64,000 bases of DNA from Deltaproteobacteria bacterium (GTDB lineage Bacteria; Desulfobacterota; Binatia; Bin18), in NCBI GenBank assembly GCA_016874775.1, contig VGTJ01000001.1, positions 40,887-104,886 of the forward strand, read 5' to 3'. Shown here piece after piece: positions 38,237 through 47,785 of this stretch. Both the position numbers and the translations under genes were made by a program. The notes under the pieces were generated by a model. That model saw only the letters and a program-made list of their open reading frames with translations. It made no database searches and was not told where the DNA came from. Numbering within the stretch: the stretch's first letter is position 1; every line of letters starts with the position of its first letter.

Positions 38237-38656
38237 ATGAAGGACCAACGTGTCGCGGATGGGGGAGCAGGCGTTTTCCAGCCGGATTTTCTTCTTCCTC
38301 TCCAATTCTTCACCGGGACCCGTGGAAAAGGATGTGGCGAAGGCGAGCGTCGTTTGATGCTGGCCATCTTGGAAGATGCGGTTGATTGTTTCCAGAAATA
38401 TCTGGGAACGCGGGAAAGTCGCGGTCGACTGCTTTGCTCTGATGCTGAGGAGTGGTTTATGTCAGATGACCGCAGTTGGCTGTTCTCATTCGTCAATGTC
38501 TGCGAAGTGCTCGGATTACAGCCCGACTTTATTCGTGAAGGGTTACAGGACTGGAAGACGAGACAGCTGGAAAAAGCATTGTCACCAAAGCCACCGGTAG
38601 CAGATGGACCAACACAAGCAAGAGGTCGAAAACGGGGGACGTTGGTGGCGGCGTAA
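38237..38656 (+). CDS. hypothetical protein (139 aa), no family recognised
   Basis: A strong Shine-Dalgarno GGTAGGAGG precedes the start. The protein has a helical, acidic core (RRLMLAILEDAVDCFQKYLG...AEEWFMSDDRSWLFSFVNVCEVLGLQPDF) and a basic tail. The overlapping S-rich minus ORF 38194..38910 is judged a shadow ORF. Confidence 0.45.
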   Translation: MKDQRVADGGAGVFQPDFLLPLQFFTGTRGKGCGEGERRLMLAILEDAVDCFQKYLGTRESRGRLLCSDAEEWFMSDDRSWLFSFVNVCEVLGLQPDFIREGLQDWKTRQLEKALSPKPPVADGPTQARGRKRGTLVAA

Positions 38657-38674
38657 GTTGTCGGTAGGGTGAAG

Positions 38675-38701
38675 AAGAGATTTGAGCTGATCTCTTTTTC
38701 G
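38675..38701 (+). terminator. rho-independent terminator (aagagat-ttgagctg-atctctt-tttcg)
   Basis: A 7-bp stem and 8-nt loop are followed by a T-run immediately after the hypothetical gene. Confidence 0.5.
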
Positions 38702-38854
38702 CGGTAACTCCTCACAATGGTCATTCTGAGCAACGCGAGGAATGTGTCAGTAAGACTCTTCGCTACGCTCAGAGTGACGTTGTCGTTGTCCAGGTCACTT
38801 GAGACCTGACTGCGTGCGGCCAACTCGACAGAGCAAGCAACGAACGAACCGTTC

Positions 38855-40534
38855 ATGCCCATACGCAAATCCCTCACCCGTCGTACCGTACTCGCCTTCT
38901 TGTGGGGCAAGGATCACCTTGCGCGTTTGTTCGGACGGACGAAGCCGTACAATGTTGTTCGTCTCGAACTGTCTGGCGCTTTACCAGAAGAGGCAGGACT
39001 CTCTCTGACCAATCTGTGGCATCGTACGAGCCTTGATTTTTTCTCTGCAACGTCGTTGTTGCGTTGGTTGAGAGAAGATCCGCAGGTGAAAGCTGTCGTG
39101 CTGACGATTGCTGACCTCGAAGTGGGATGGGCGCGACTCCAAAGCCTGCGCCGTTCGCTTTTGGCGTTACGTCAGGCAGGAAAACTCGTATGGGTGTACG
39201 TTGCCGAAGGTGGCATGCGTGAATACTATTTCGCCAGTGCCGCCGATAAAATCTTCCTCGCTCCTGCTGGGCATCTGGCGATCACTGGGTTGGCGGCAGA
39301 GACCATGTTCTTTAAAGGCGCGCTAGATAAACTTGGGGTGACGGCACAAGTCCATCGTGCTGGCCGCTACAAGTCGGCGGCTGAGCCGTTTACGCACGAA
39401 TCGATGTCGCCAGCCAATCGTGAAATGCTCGATAGCTTGCTTGATGACCTCTATGGCCAGATTGTTGATGACATTGCCGACGCCCGTCGCAAGGCAAAGG
39501 CCGATGTGCGCGCACTGATTGATCATGGGTTATTTCTCGCTCGCGAAGCCCTGGCGGCTGGGTTGATCGATCACGTTGGGTACGAGGATGAAATCGATAC
39601 ACTGCTGGAAGCGCAATTGGGCGAGGTCGAAACGATTGAACTTGCGGACTATCAACGCCAGTACGGACGGACGCTCCGACGACGATTACTGCGGGAGGAT
39701 CATGGAAAGATCGCAGTGGTCACAGTAGATGGTCCGATCAAACGTGGAGAGTCCGTCGATGGTGGTGAGGGAACGCACGCGGTGGGATCGACCTCTTTTG
39801 CTGCCGATGTGAAAGAGGCGCGCGAAGATGAGTCGATTGCCGCGATTGTCGTACGCATCACCAGTCCCGGCGGTTCTGGATTAGCGTCTGATCTGATGTG
39901 GCGCGAACTGGTCAAAACCAGTGGAGAAAAACCAATAGTGATATCGATGGGCGATGTTGCCGCCTCTGGGGGATATTATCTGGCACTTGCTGGTGGAAAA
40001 GTGTTCGCCGAGGCCGGCACCATTACTGGTTCCATTGGCGTGATCGCTGGTAAAGCGGTCTTACGTGATCTGTATACACGTGTTGGCGTGAATAAAGATA
40101 TTATTACGCGGGGGAAAAAAGCTGCACTCTTTTCAGATTACCATGAGTTTTCCCCAGCTGAACGAGAACGTTTGGATTTTGAGATTCAAGCGTTTTATCA
40201 AGACTTCCTCTCCAAAGTCGCTTCTTGTCGCTCGTTAAGTATCGAGGCGGTTGAACCCAATGCCCAAGGCCGAGTTTGGAGCGGGCGACAGGCCTGGTCG
40301 CGCGGACTGATTGACGAGATTGGCGGCCTCGAAGAAGCGTTGCGCGAGGCCAAACACCGAGCTGGTTTTGCTGCCGATCAACCCGTTATGGTCGAACGCT
40401 TCCCCAGGCCTTCGTCCGTGTGGCAATTGCCAAAACTCCTGCGTCGTTTTCCCCGTACGCGCCTCGGCCTTCCCCTGTGGTGGGGGCAAGAGCGAGTCTG
40501 GGCCATTATGCCGTTTTCTCTACGATTTTTATAA
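38855..40534 (+). CDS. sppA: signal peptide peptidase SppA (S49 family, 67K type)
   Basis: VISMGDVAASGGYYLALAGGKVFAEAGTITGSIGV is the S49 Ser-Lys dyad region. Confidence 0.85.
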   Translation: MPIRKSLTRRTVLAFLWGKDHLARLFGRTKPYNVVRLELSGALPEEAGLSLTNLWHRTSLDFFSATSLLRWLREDPQVKAVVLTIADLEVGWARLQSLRRSLLALRQAGKLVWVYVAEGGMREYYFASAADKIFLAPAGHLAITGLAAETMFFKGALDKLGVTAQVHRAGRYKSAAEPFTHESMSPANREMLDSLLDDLYGQIVDDIADARRKAKADVRALIDHGLFLAREALAAGLIDHVGYEDEIDTLLEAQLGEVETIELADYQRQYGRTLRRRLLREDHGKIAVVTVDGPIKRGESVDGGEGTHAVGSTSFAADVKEAREDESIAAIVVRITSPGGSGLASDLMWRELVKTSGEKPIVISMGDVAASGGYYLALAGGKVFAEAGTITGSIGVIAGKAVLRDLYTRVGVNKDIITRGKKAALFSDYHEFSPAERERLDFEIQAFYQDFLSKVASCRSLSIEAVEPNAQGRVWSGRQAWSRGLIDEIGGLEEALREAKHRAGFAADQPVMVERFPRPSSVWQLPKLLRRFPRTRLGLPLWWGQERVWAIMPFSLRFL

Positions 40535-40648
40535 GGTGAGGGGCTCCGTATTCTTGGTGCTTGTAATAGGAACCCAGCTACGCTAGGTTCCTGACAATTT
40601 CTTTGCACAACCCCCCTTTCATAAGGGATAAGACAGAAAGGAAAAGGA

Positions 40649-42508
40649 ATGGCGACGACCCCAGTAGCTTCTGCGCTACCGAAACAGGTGCAGGAGCGGG
40701 AGAGTGTAGTTATCCGTTTCGCTGGTGACTCTGGCGATGGGATGCAAGTGACCGGGACGCAGTTTGCGACTGAGTCGGTGCTGGCTGGCAATGATATTGG
40801 TACACTGCCGGATTTCCCCGCAGAAATCCGCGCTCCTACCGGAACCCTGTATGGTGTGAGTGCGTTTCAGGTGCAGTTTGGCAGTCGGAGTGTATACACT
40901 CCTGGTGATGATCTTGATGCGCTGGTGGTGATGAACCCAGCCGCGCTAAAGACCAACCTTGGCGATCTGAAACAGAATGGGGTGCTTATTGTTGATAAGG
41001 AAGAGTTCAACGAAGCGAACCTGAAGAAAGCCGATTACACTACCAATCCTCTAGAGGATGGATCGCTCGCCAAGTATCAAGTATATCCGATCGAAATCAC
41101 CAGGATGACAACCTCTGCACTGGAGGCGCTCAACTTGCCGAATCGGTCGGTTATGCGTTCTCGCAACTTCTTTGCCTTGGGGGTAGTGTCCTGGCTCTAT
41201 CAACGACCGATTGAAAATACTTTGCAGTGGATCAACCAACGCTTCAAGCGCAATAATGAAGTCCTCGAAGCGAATACACGAGCACTCAAAGGCGGCTACG
41301 ATTACGCCGAGAATACTGAAATTTTTGCTTCGTCGTATTCAGTCAAACCTGCGCAAATTGCGCCAGGGACCTATCGTAATATCTCAGGCAATACGGCAAC
41401 AGCCCTCGGGTTCGTGGTGGCCGCGAAGAAAGCCGGTCTGCCTTTGTTCTTAGGCAGTTATCCCATCACCCCAGCGAGTGATGTCCTGCATGAACTTGCG
41501 TCCTTCAAAGATTTCGGCGTCATGACATTTCAGGCCGAAGACGAAATTGCCGGGGTCGGCTCAGCGTTGGGAGCGGCGTTTGGTGGGTCAATCGCGATCA
41601 CCACGACCGCTGGTCCAGGCATGAACCTGAAAGCTGAGACCATTGGTTTGGCGACAGTTGTCGAACTCCCCATGGTCATTACTGACATTCAGCGGTCAGG
41701 GCCGAGTACTGGTATGCCGACGAAGCCTGAACAGTCGGATCTCTTACAGGCGTTGTATGGTCGGCATGGCGACGCACCAATTCCTGTTGTTGCGGCATCG
41801 ACTCCTTCGGATTGTTTCTTTGCCGCGTTTGAGGCGGTCCGTATTGCAGTGACGTATATGACGCCCGTCGTTCTGCTCACTGATGGTTATCTGGCCAATG
41901 CGTCTGAGCCGTGGCTGTTACCGAAAGTTTCTGACTTGCCGGAGATCAACATTCAGTTCCGGACCGACCCACAAGGGTTTTTTCCGTATCTGCGAGATGA
42001 GAACACGCTCGCTCGTCCCTGGGTACGGCCAGGAACTCCTGGGCTCGAACACCGTGTGGGCGGGTTGGAGAAGGATTATACGACCGGCAACATCAGTTAT
42101 GCGCCAGCGAACCACGAACAAATGGTGCGAGTCCGCTTTCGCAAGGTGGCGAAGATCACCCAAGATATTCCACCGACCAAGGTTCATGGTCCTGAGCGAG
42201 GCAAACTGTTGGTGATTGGTTGGGGAAGCACCTACGGTTCGATCACTGCAGCGGTCGGCGAATCTCAGCAACAAGGCAAGTCTGTGTCGCATGTCCACTT
42301 ACGGCACTTGAACCCACTTCCGGCGGACCTCGGCGAGGTCATGTCTCGTTTCGAAAAAGTCTTAGTGGTGGAGATGAACATGGGGCAACTGCTACGTGTG
42401 TTGCGTGCAGAGTACTTGATTGACGCAGTAGGGCTCAACAAAATTCAGGGACGCCCATTCAAAGTTTCCGAGATTATTACCCGGATCGACCGTATGTTGG
42501 AGGAATAG
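40649..42508 (+). CDS. korA: 2-oxoacid:ferredoxin oxidoreductase, alpha (fused gamma-alpha) subunit
   Basis: 619 aa with a PFOR/KOR domain I and III layout. A GAAAGGAAAAGG Shine-Dalgarno precedes the start. Confidence 0.9.
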   Translation: MATTPVASALPKQVQERESVVIRFAGDSGDGMQVTGTQFATESVLAGNDIGTLPDFPAEIRAPTGTLYGVSAFQVQFGSRSVYTPGDDLDALVVMNPAALKTNLGDLKQNGVLIVDKEEFNEANLKKADYTTNPLEDGSLAKYQVYPIEITRMTTSALEALNLPNRSVMRSRNFFALGVVSWLYQRPIENTLQWINQRFKRNNEVLEANTRALKGGYDYAENTEIFASSYSVKPAQIAPGTYRNISGNTATALGFVVAAKKAGLPLFLGSYPITPASDVLHELASFKDFGVMTFQAEDEIAGVGSALGAAFGGSIAITTTAGPGMNLKAETIGLATVVELPMVITDIQRSGPSTGMPTKPEQSDLLQALYGRHGDAPIPVVAASTPSDCFFAAFEAVRIAVTYMTPVVLLTDGYLANASEPWLLPKVSDLPEINIQFRTDPQGFFPYLRDENTLARPWVRPGTPGLEHRVGGLEKDYTTGNISYAPANHEQMVRVRFRKVAKITQDIPPTKVHGPERGKLLVIGWGSTYGSITAAVGESQQQGKSVSHVHLRHLNPLPADLGEVMSRFEKVLVVEMNMGQLLRVLRAEYLIDAVGLNKIQGRPFKVSEIITRIDRMLEE

Positions 42509-42513
42509 CGACA

Positions 42514-43524
42514 ATGAGCACGGCAACTGCACCGAAACTTACCCGTAAAGATTTTGCTTCAGATCAGGATGTTCGTTGGTGCCCAGGGTGCGGCGATTAT
42601 TCGATCCTTGCCCAAGTGCAGAAAATTTTTCCTGAACTTGAGGTACCGAAGGAAAATGTCGTCTTCATCTCCGGAATTGGCTGTTCGAGCCGCTTTCCGT
42701 ATTACATGAACACCTATGGTTTTCACACCATTCACGGTCGAGCACCGGCGATTGCGACCGGCTTGAAAGTGTCTCGACCTGACCTCATGGTATGGGTGGT
42801 AACTGGCGATGGGGACGCGCTCAGCATTGGTGGGAACCATTTGTTACATGCCTTACGGCGCAACGTCGATCTCAAAATTCTGCTATTCAATAACCGCATT
42901 TATGGTTTGACCAAGGGACAATTTTCCCCGACCTCAGAACTGGGGAAGGTGACGAAATCGACACCGATGGGCTCCTCTGACCATCCAGTGAATCCGTTGC
43001 TGTTTGCGCTCGGAGCTGATGCGACCTTCATTGGCCGTACGATCGACGTCGAAGCCAAACATCAACAAGACATGCTCAAGCGCGCGGCTGCTCATAAAGG
43101 TGCGTCGATCATCGAAATCCTCCAGAACTGTAACGTCTATAATGATGGTGCGTGGGATGCTCTCACGGATAAACAGACGAAAGCTGATAGCCAACTTGTC
43201 CTAGAGCACGGCAAGCCGATGATCTTTGGCAAAAACAAAGACAAAGGGATTCGGCTCAAAGGTATGACACCGGAGGTCGTTACCCTTGGTGATGGGGTAA
43301 GCACTTCAGACCTTCTGGTTCATGACGAGACCGACCCGGTGCTGGGCTTTTTGGTGAGTCGTATGGCGCCGCCGCAGTTTCCCACACCTATTGGCGTTGT
43401 CCGCGTCGCTCAACGCCCAAGCTTTGATGAATTGATGAACCGTCAGCTCACTGAGGCGCAGAAAGCTGGCTCCGGTGATTTAGAAAAGCTGCTGCACAGT
43501 GGCGACGTGTGGACGGTGAAATAA
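42514..43524 (+). CDS. korB: 2-oxoacid:ferredoxin oxidoreductase, beta (TPP-binding) subunit
   Basis: VVTGDGDALSIGGNHL is the TPP-binding GDG motif. N-terminal cysteines are present. Confidence 0.9.
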   Translation: MSTATAPKLTRKDFASDQDVRWCPGCGDYSILAQVQKIFPELEVPKENVVFISGIGCSSRFPYYMNTYGFHTIHGRAPAIATGLKVSRPDLMVWVVTGDGDALSIGGNHLLHALRRNVDLKILLFNNRIYGLTKGQFSPTSELGKVTKSTPMGSSDHPVNPLLFALGADATFIGRTIDVEAKHQQDMLKRAAAHKGASIIEILQNCNVYNDGAWDALTDKQTKADSQLVLEHGKPMIFGKNKDKGIRLKGMTPEVVTLGDGVSTSDLLVHDETDPVLGFLVSRMAPPQFPTPIGVVRVAQRPSFDELMNRQLTEAQKAGSGDLEKLLHSGDVWTVK

Positions 43525-43553
43525 TTACCAAGACACAGAAGAAGGACGTATTT

Positions 43554-43838
43554 ATGGCCCAACAAGTACAACGAGTCCCGAAAGAAGAACAAGCTGAATT
43601 GAAAAGACGTATTCGCATGTTGAAAGCGAAACGTGACGAAGCCATTTCGCAGAAAGACTCTAAAAAAGTGTCAAGCTTGCGGCGTGGCATTCGTACGCTC
43701 AAACGACGCACCCGCGTTGTTGCTCAAGCGGTGAAGGCCGAAGCCGCAACGGCAAAAGCGGCGGCAGATGCTACGGCAGCCCAAGCTGCACCAGCCCAAG
43801 CTGCACCAGCAGCAGCTCCGCAAGAGGCAGCATCCTAG
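43554..43838 (+). CDS. small basic protein with Lys/Arg-rich N-half and Ala/Pro/Gln-rich tail (histone H1/AlgP-like composition)
   Basis: MAQQVQRVPKEEQAELKRRIRMLKAKRDEAISQKDSKKVSSLRRGIRTLKRRTRVV... ends in AAQAAPAQAAPAAAP. The tail is encoded by a tandem 15-bp DNA repeat, gcccaagctgcacca. Confidence 0.5.
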   Translation: MAQQVQRVPKEEQAELKRRIRMLKAKRDEAISQKDSKKVSSLRRGIRTLKRRTRVVAQAVKAEAATAKAAADATAAQAAPAQAAPAAAPQEAAS

Positions 43839-43879
43839 TTTTTTTCGTTGTTCCTGACAATCGCATTGCTGTTCCTTAA

Positions 43880-43915
43880 GAGGGCATGGACCTCCATGCC
43901 CTCTTTCTCTTTGCT
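43880..43915 (+). terminator. rho-independent terminator (agagggcatgg-acct-ccatgccctct plus T-rich)
   Basis: A perfect 11-bp stem is followed by ttctctttg. Confidence 0.6.
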
Positions 43916-44021
43916 GCCCTGCCTTTTCGCTCCGGCCCCTGAATTCCGGCAATCTCTAGTTGCGCTCACTCAGTCGAGTCGATAAGATCAGCGCCTTTCT
44001 GACGGTCGAGTGGGGATGTAC

Positions 44022-45728
44022 ATGAAAACCATGACTGGCGCGCAAATCATGATTGAAAGCCTCCTAGCAGAAGGAGTTGATACCATTTTTGGTTATCCTG
44101 GTGGGGCTATCCTTCCGACATACGATGCGTTGGTGCAGAACCCAGCCTTACGTCACATTCTTGTACGTCATGAACAGGGTGCTGCCCATATGGCTGAAGG
44201 ATATGCGCGCGTGTCTGGCCGCCCAGGGGTTTGTCTGGTGACCTCTGGTCCTGGTGCGACGAATACCGTCACTGGTATCGCCGATGCCTACATGGACTCA
44301 ACACCGCTGGTGGTGATCACTGGTCAGGTGCCGACCAGTATGATCGGCAACGATGCGTTTCAAGAAGCTGATCTCACGGGGATTACTCGCCCCTGTACAA
44401 AGCATAACTACCTTATCCGCAATGTGAACGATATCACGCGGGTGATGAAAGAGGCGTTTTATATTGCTGGGAGTGGCCGCCCGGGTCCGGTGTTAGTTGA
44501 TTTTCCCAAAGATGTGCAAAATGCGACTGCACCATTCAAGTATCCTGAGACGGTTGACATCCGTGGCTATAAACCAACGATGAAAGGCAATGAGCGTCAG
44601 ATTGAAAAGGCACTCGAAGCCATCGAGAAATCCGAGAAGCCGCTCTTTTACGTTGGTGGAGGAGTGCAGTGGTCTGATGCCGCTGCGTCACTGACGGAGT
44701 TGGTACGCGGGCTCAAGGTGCCGATTACGACCACGGTGATGGCGCTCGGTGTGTTCCCCAGTTCTGATCCTTTGTGTCTCGGGATGTTAGGGATGCACGG
44801 TGGCTACTGGACCAACATGGCGGTGCAGAGCTGCGATACGCTGATTGCCATTGGCGCCCGCTTTGATGACCGCGTGACTGGGCGCCTCTCTGACTTTGCT
44901 CCCAATGCAAAAACTATCATCCATGTTGACATTGACCCAGCTTCGATCAGTAAAAATATCAAGGTGCATATTCCTATCGTGGGTGACATCAAAGAAGTTG
45001 TCAGCACCATGCTGAAGAAGGTGAAAAGCCAAGAGGGCCTGGCTCCTCGCCAGAAAGTCTGGGCGGAGTGGCACAAGCAGATTATGCAGTGGAAAGAAGA
45101 GAAGCCACTGCCGTATGAGCATGCGAAGCCTGAGGAGAACGCTCGTCCGCGCGATGTCCTTGAGGAGATCCATACGATTACGAAAGGTGACGCCATTGTG
45201 GTCACCGATGTTGGGCAACATCAAATGTGGACGGCGCAGATGATGCCGTTCGATCATCCGCGGTCGTGGCTGACCTCTGGTGGACTTGGAACGATGGGGT
45301 ATGGGCTACCGGCTGGCATTGGTGCTTATTTTGCTGCTCCCGACCGACCGGTGGTTGTTGTCAGTGGTGATGGTAGCATTCAGATGAACATTCAAGAGCT
45401 TGCCACTGCGGTGCAATATAGAGTCCCAGTAAAAGTCGTCATTATGAACAACTACTACCTGGGCATGGTGCGCCAATGGCAAGAGAAATTTTATGAAGGA
45501 CGTTATTCGCACTCCTACATGGAATCGATGCCGAACTTTGTCAAATTAGCTGAAGCCTACGGTGCGGCGGGATTTCGTGTGGAAAAAGCGAAGGATCTGT
45601 CAGCGACATTAAAGGAAGCATTCGCCACCCCAGGGCCGGCGATGGTGGATGTCGTTATTCCGCAAAGTGAAGGTGTGTTCCCGATGGTGCCGGCGGGGAG
45701 CGCCATGCACGAGATGCTTTTCGCGTAA
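44022..45728 (+). CDS. ilvB: acetolactate synthase (AHAS) large catalytic subunit; no small subunit gene adjacent
   Basis: GAQIMIESLLAEGVDTIFGYPGGAILPTYDAL and a TPP-binding GDG region identify AHAS. The start is ambiguous: a GTG at 44010 or ATGs at 44016, 44022 and 44031. Confidence 0.85.
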   Translation: MKTMTGAQIMIESLLAEGVDTIFGYPGGAILPTYDALVQNPALRHILVRHEQGAAHMAEGYARVSGRPGVCLVTSGPGATNTVTGIADAYMDSTPLVVITGQVPTSMIGNDAFQEADLTGITRPCTKHNYLIRNVNDITRVMKEAFYIAGSGRPGPVLVDFPKDVQNATAPFKYPETVDIRGYKPTMKGNERQIEKALEAIEKSEKPLFYVGGGVQWSDAAASLTELVRGLKVPITTTVMALGVFPSSDPLCLGMLGMHGGYWTNMAVQSCDTLIAIGARFDDRVTGRLSDFAPNAKTIIHVDIDPASISKNIKVHIPIVGDIKEVVSTMLKKVKSQEGLAPRQKVWAEWHKQIMQWKEEKPLPYEHAKPEENARPRDVLEEIHTITKGDAIVVTDVGQHQMWTAQMMPFDHPRSWLTSGGLGTMGYGLPAGIGAYFAAPDRPVVVVSGDGSIQMNIQELATAVQYRVPVKVVIMNNYYLGMVRQWQEKFYEGRYSHSYMESMPNFVKLAEAYGAAGFRVEKAKDLSATLKEAFATPGPAMVDVVIPQSEGVFPMVPAGSAMHEMLFA

Positions 45729-45731
45729 ACC

Positions 45732-46589
45732 GTGGAAAAAGATATACCCTTCATAGAGAACAGCGAAGAGCGACCGAAGGATAACTTCTACCACGGTGTC
45801 ATCAGCAAGATTTTTTGGAGTAACGAGACTGGCGTTATTCATAGTGACAGCGGTAAAGAAATTCCTTTCATCTTTGCGTTCGTGACATTACTTGGTGCTC
45901 CGCGTCAGGACATCAACTTCCTGCGACCTGGGATGCGGGTCGGTTTTGATGTAGGGTGGACCTCTAAAGGACTCCGCGCCTCGATCATCAAAATTTACGA
46001 TCTCTATCAGGACGATATCGCACTAGAAGAGAATGGCGCAGGGGTTTCTGCTGAAAGCAGTGATCCCATTGCGTCAGACCACCCGATTAGCCGATATCGA
46101 CCGCCAGAGATACACGACGCTGCTGAACCGCCACGTTATCGTCAACGTCGTTCTCGGCCACGATCGCAGCCGCAAGAATCACGACCGCAAACACAAACAT
46201 CGCACGAACAAAACCGGCAAGAGGCTCATCCCCCAAAGCCAGAGTTCAGTTCAGATGGTCGTATGTCAGGGCAGCAACAGAGCCGCCCACATGGTCGTCC
46301 TGCGGGACAGGAACAACGCCGACCAGAACCACGTACGCAGGGGCAAGAACAACGCCGACCAGATCGACGTCAGCAAGGGCAAGAGCAAAGACGCTCCGAG
46401 CCACGCCATCAGATGCCGGGGCAGCACCGTGGAGATGCCCGCCCTCAAGGCCAACGCCGAGAGGAACAGCCCCGTTCCTCAGCGCCGCAGAATACTAGAC
46501 CGCCCGATTCTGCTCAAAAGTCTGATACCACGGCGCAACCGACAGACGAACGGTCGCGTCGGTCACGCCGTCGCCGCGGACGAAGGTAG
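45732..46589 (+). CDS. cold-shock-domain-like OB-fold protein with a long Arg/Gln/Pro/Glu-rich low-complexity tail
   Basis: The N-terminal ~100 aa (YHGVISKIFWSNETGVIHSDSGKEIPFIFAFV...RPGMRVGFDV) follow a cold-shock-domain beta-barrel pattern. The tail contains GQEQRRPEPRTQ-type 12-aa repeats encoded by 36-bp tandem DNA repeats at about 46290-46400. Confidence 0.55.
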   Translation: MEKDIPFIENSEERPKDNFYHGVISKIFWSNETGVIHSDSGKEIPFIFAFVTLLGAPRQDINFLRPGMRVGFDVGWTSKGLRASIIKIYDLYQDDIALEENGAGVSAESSDPIASDHPISRYRPPEIHDAAEPPRYRQRRSRPRSQPQESRPQTQTSHEQNRQEAHPPKPEFSSDGRMSGQQQSRPHGRPAGQEQRRPEPRTQGQEQRRPDRRQQGQEQRRSEPRHQMPGQHRGDARPQGQRREEQPRSSAPQNTRPPDSAQKSDTTAQPTDERSRRSRRRRGRR

Positions 46590-46694
46590 TCATAACGACC
46601 CTTTTGAGTTCCGTTGGCTCCTCTTTCTCTTGCGACAGTGACCTGCTATGGAATGTGGACAGTCTAAGTCTACATTCAGGGATGAGATGCATCG

Positions 46695-47192
46695 ATGGAA
46701 GCGCAATCGCTGATTACTGACGAGATTCGTGCGTGGATTGGCAGAGAAACGCCGCCGTGGACGATTGAGGTGACCGCACTTGATGTGAAGCGATTTGCGG
46801 TTGCGACCGATGATCCGAATCCTCTCTATCTTGATGAAGAGCGCGCGAGAAACAGCCATTACGGTGGACGTATTGCGCCGCCGTTGTTTTATATGGCACC
46901 GCTCACCAACCCGGTACCAGAGACTGAATTACGTCCAGATGGGTTACCGTACGAAGGGAAATTTCCCATTCCGCCAACTCCGTTGCCACGACTTATGGAT
47001 GGTGGCACCGAAATTGAGTTCTTTCTCCCGATTCGCGTGGGCGATACATTAACCGGGCGCTGTAAGATCACTGACATTTATCAGAAGGATGGTCGCACTG
47101 GTCCGCTGATTTTTGTCGTTCGTGAAACGACATTTATCAACCAGAAGGGGGAGTTGGTAGTGATAGAGAAAGGGGCGTCGATTTTGCGATGA
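46695..47192 (+). CDS. MaoC-like (hotdog) dehydratase, N-terminal-type subunit
   Basis: IGRETPPWTIEVTALDVKRFAVATDDPNPLYLDEE is a MaoC N-terminal hotdog signature. Confidence 0.8.
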   Translation: MEAQSLITDEIRAWIGRETPPWTIEVTALDVKRFAVATDDPNPLYLDEERARNSHYGGRIAPPLFYMAPLTNPVPETELRPDGLPYEGKFPIPPTPLPRLMDGGTEIEFFLPIRVGDTLTGRCKITDIYQKDGRTGPLIFVVRETTFINQKGELVVIEKGASILR

Positions 47193-47307
47193 GTACAACA
47201 GCAAGATCGGTACCTTGGAGATGTCACCCTAAACGAAGTGAACGGTCTCTCTGAGAAATTCTTCGCGAACGGATACGAGGCAGAATTCCAAGTCTAAGCT
47301 AAACGCT

Positions 47308-47775
47308 ATGGCAGAACAGCAACTCTATTTTGAAGATGTGACGATAGGTACCGCGCTTCCTGAAGTGCGCAAAATGCCATCGAATACCCTGTTGTTTCTC
47401 TATAGTGCCATCACCTGGAACCCGCAGCGAATTCACTTTGATAAAGATTTCACGCTATCCGAAGGCTATCGCGATATCATCGTGCATGGACCATTGCGGG
47501 GAGCGTTTCTCTCTCAACTGATGACGCGGTGGATCGGCGACGCAGGAATGCTCAAGAAACTCTCGTATGCGAATCGCGACATTGCCTATGTTAACGAGCC
47601 GCTTCTTTGTAAAGGAACGGTAACACGTACCTGGATCACTGACGGAAAAGGGTACGCTGAGTGTGAGATTTGGGCTGAAAATACTCAAGGGGTAAAACTC
47701 ACGTTGGGGAATGCCACTGTGATTCTGCCACGAAGGAGTCCTGAGTCCAAAGTCCAAAGTCCAAAGTCTTCGTAA
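47308..47775 (+). CDS. MaoC-like (R)-specific hydratase/dehydratase subunit
   Basis: YSAITWNPQRIHFDKDFTLSEGYRDIIVHGPL is the MaoC catalytic hotdog. It is paired with the upstream gene, as in HadAB-type heterodimers. Confidence 0.8.
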   Translation: MAEQQLYFEDVTIGTALPEVRKMPSNTLLFLYSAITWNPQRIHFDKDFTLSEGYRDIIVHGPLRGAFLSQLMTRWIGDAGMLKKLSYANRDIAYVNEPLLCKGTVTRTWITDGKGYAECEIWAENTQGVKLTLGNATVILPRRSPESKVQSPKSS

Positions 47776-47785
47776 GGAACATGAC

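Noticed and set aside
38194-38910. 238-aa minus-strand ORF
   Set aside because: It is Ser-rich and low complexity with no motif, and it fully overlaps the better-supported plus-strand gene 38237..38656 and the sppA start. It is judged a shadow ORF.
46290-46400. Tandem 36-bp repeats as a possible CRISPR or minisatellite locus
   Set aside because: The repeats are contiguous with no unique spacers and lie inside a reading frame encoding GQEQRRPEPRTQ repeats. They are coding low-complexity sequence, not CRISPR.
46033-46641. Alternative-frame 202-aa ORF over the RQ-rich tail region
   Set aside because: It has no recognisable N-terminal domain or start context. The frame beginning at 45732 carries a folded cold-shock-like domain and is preferred.
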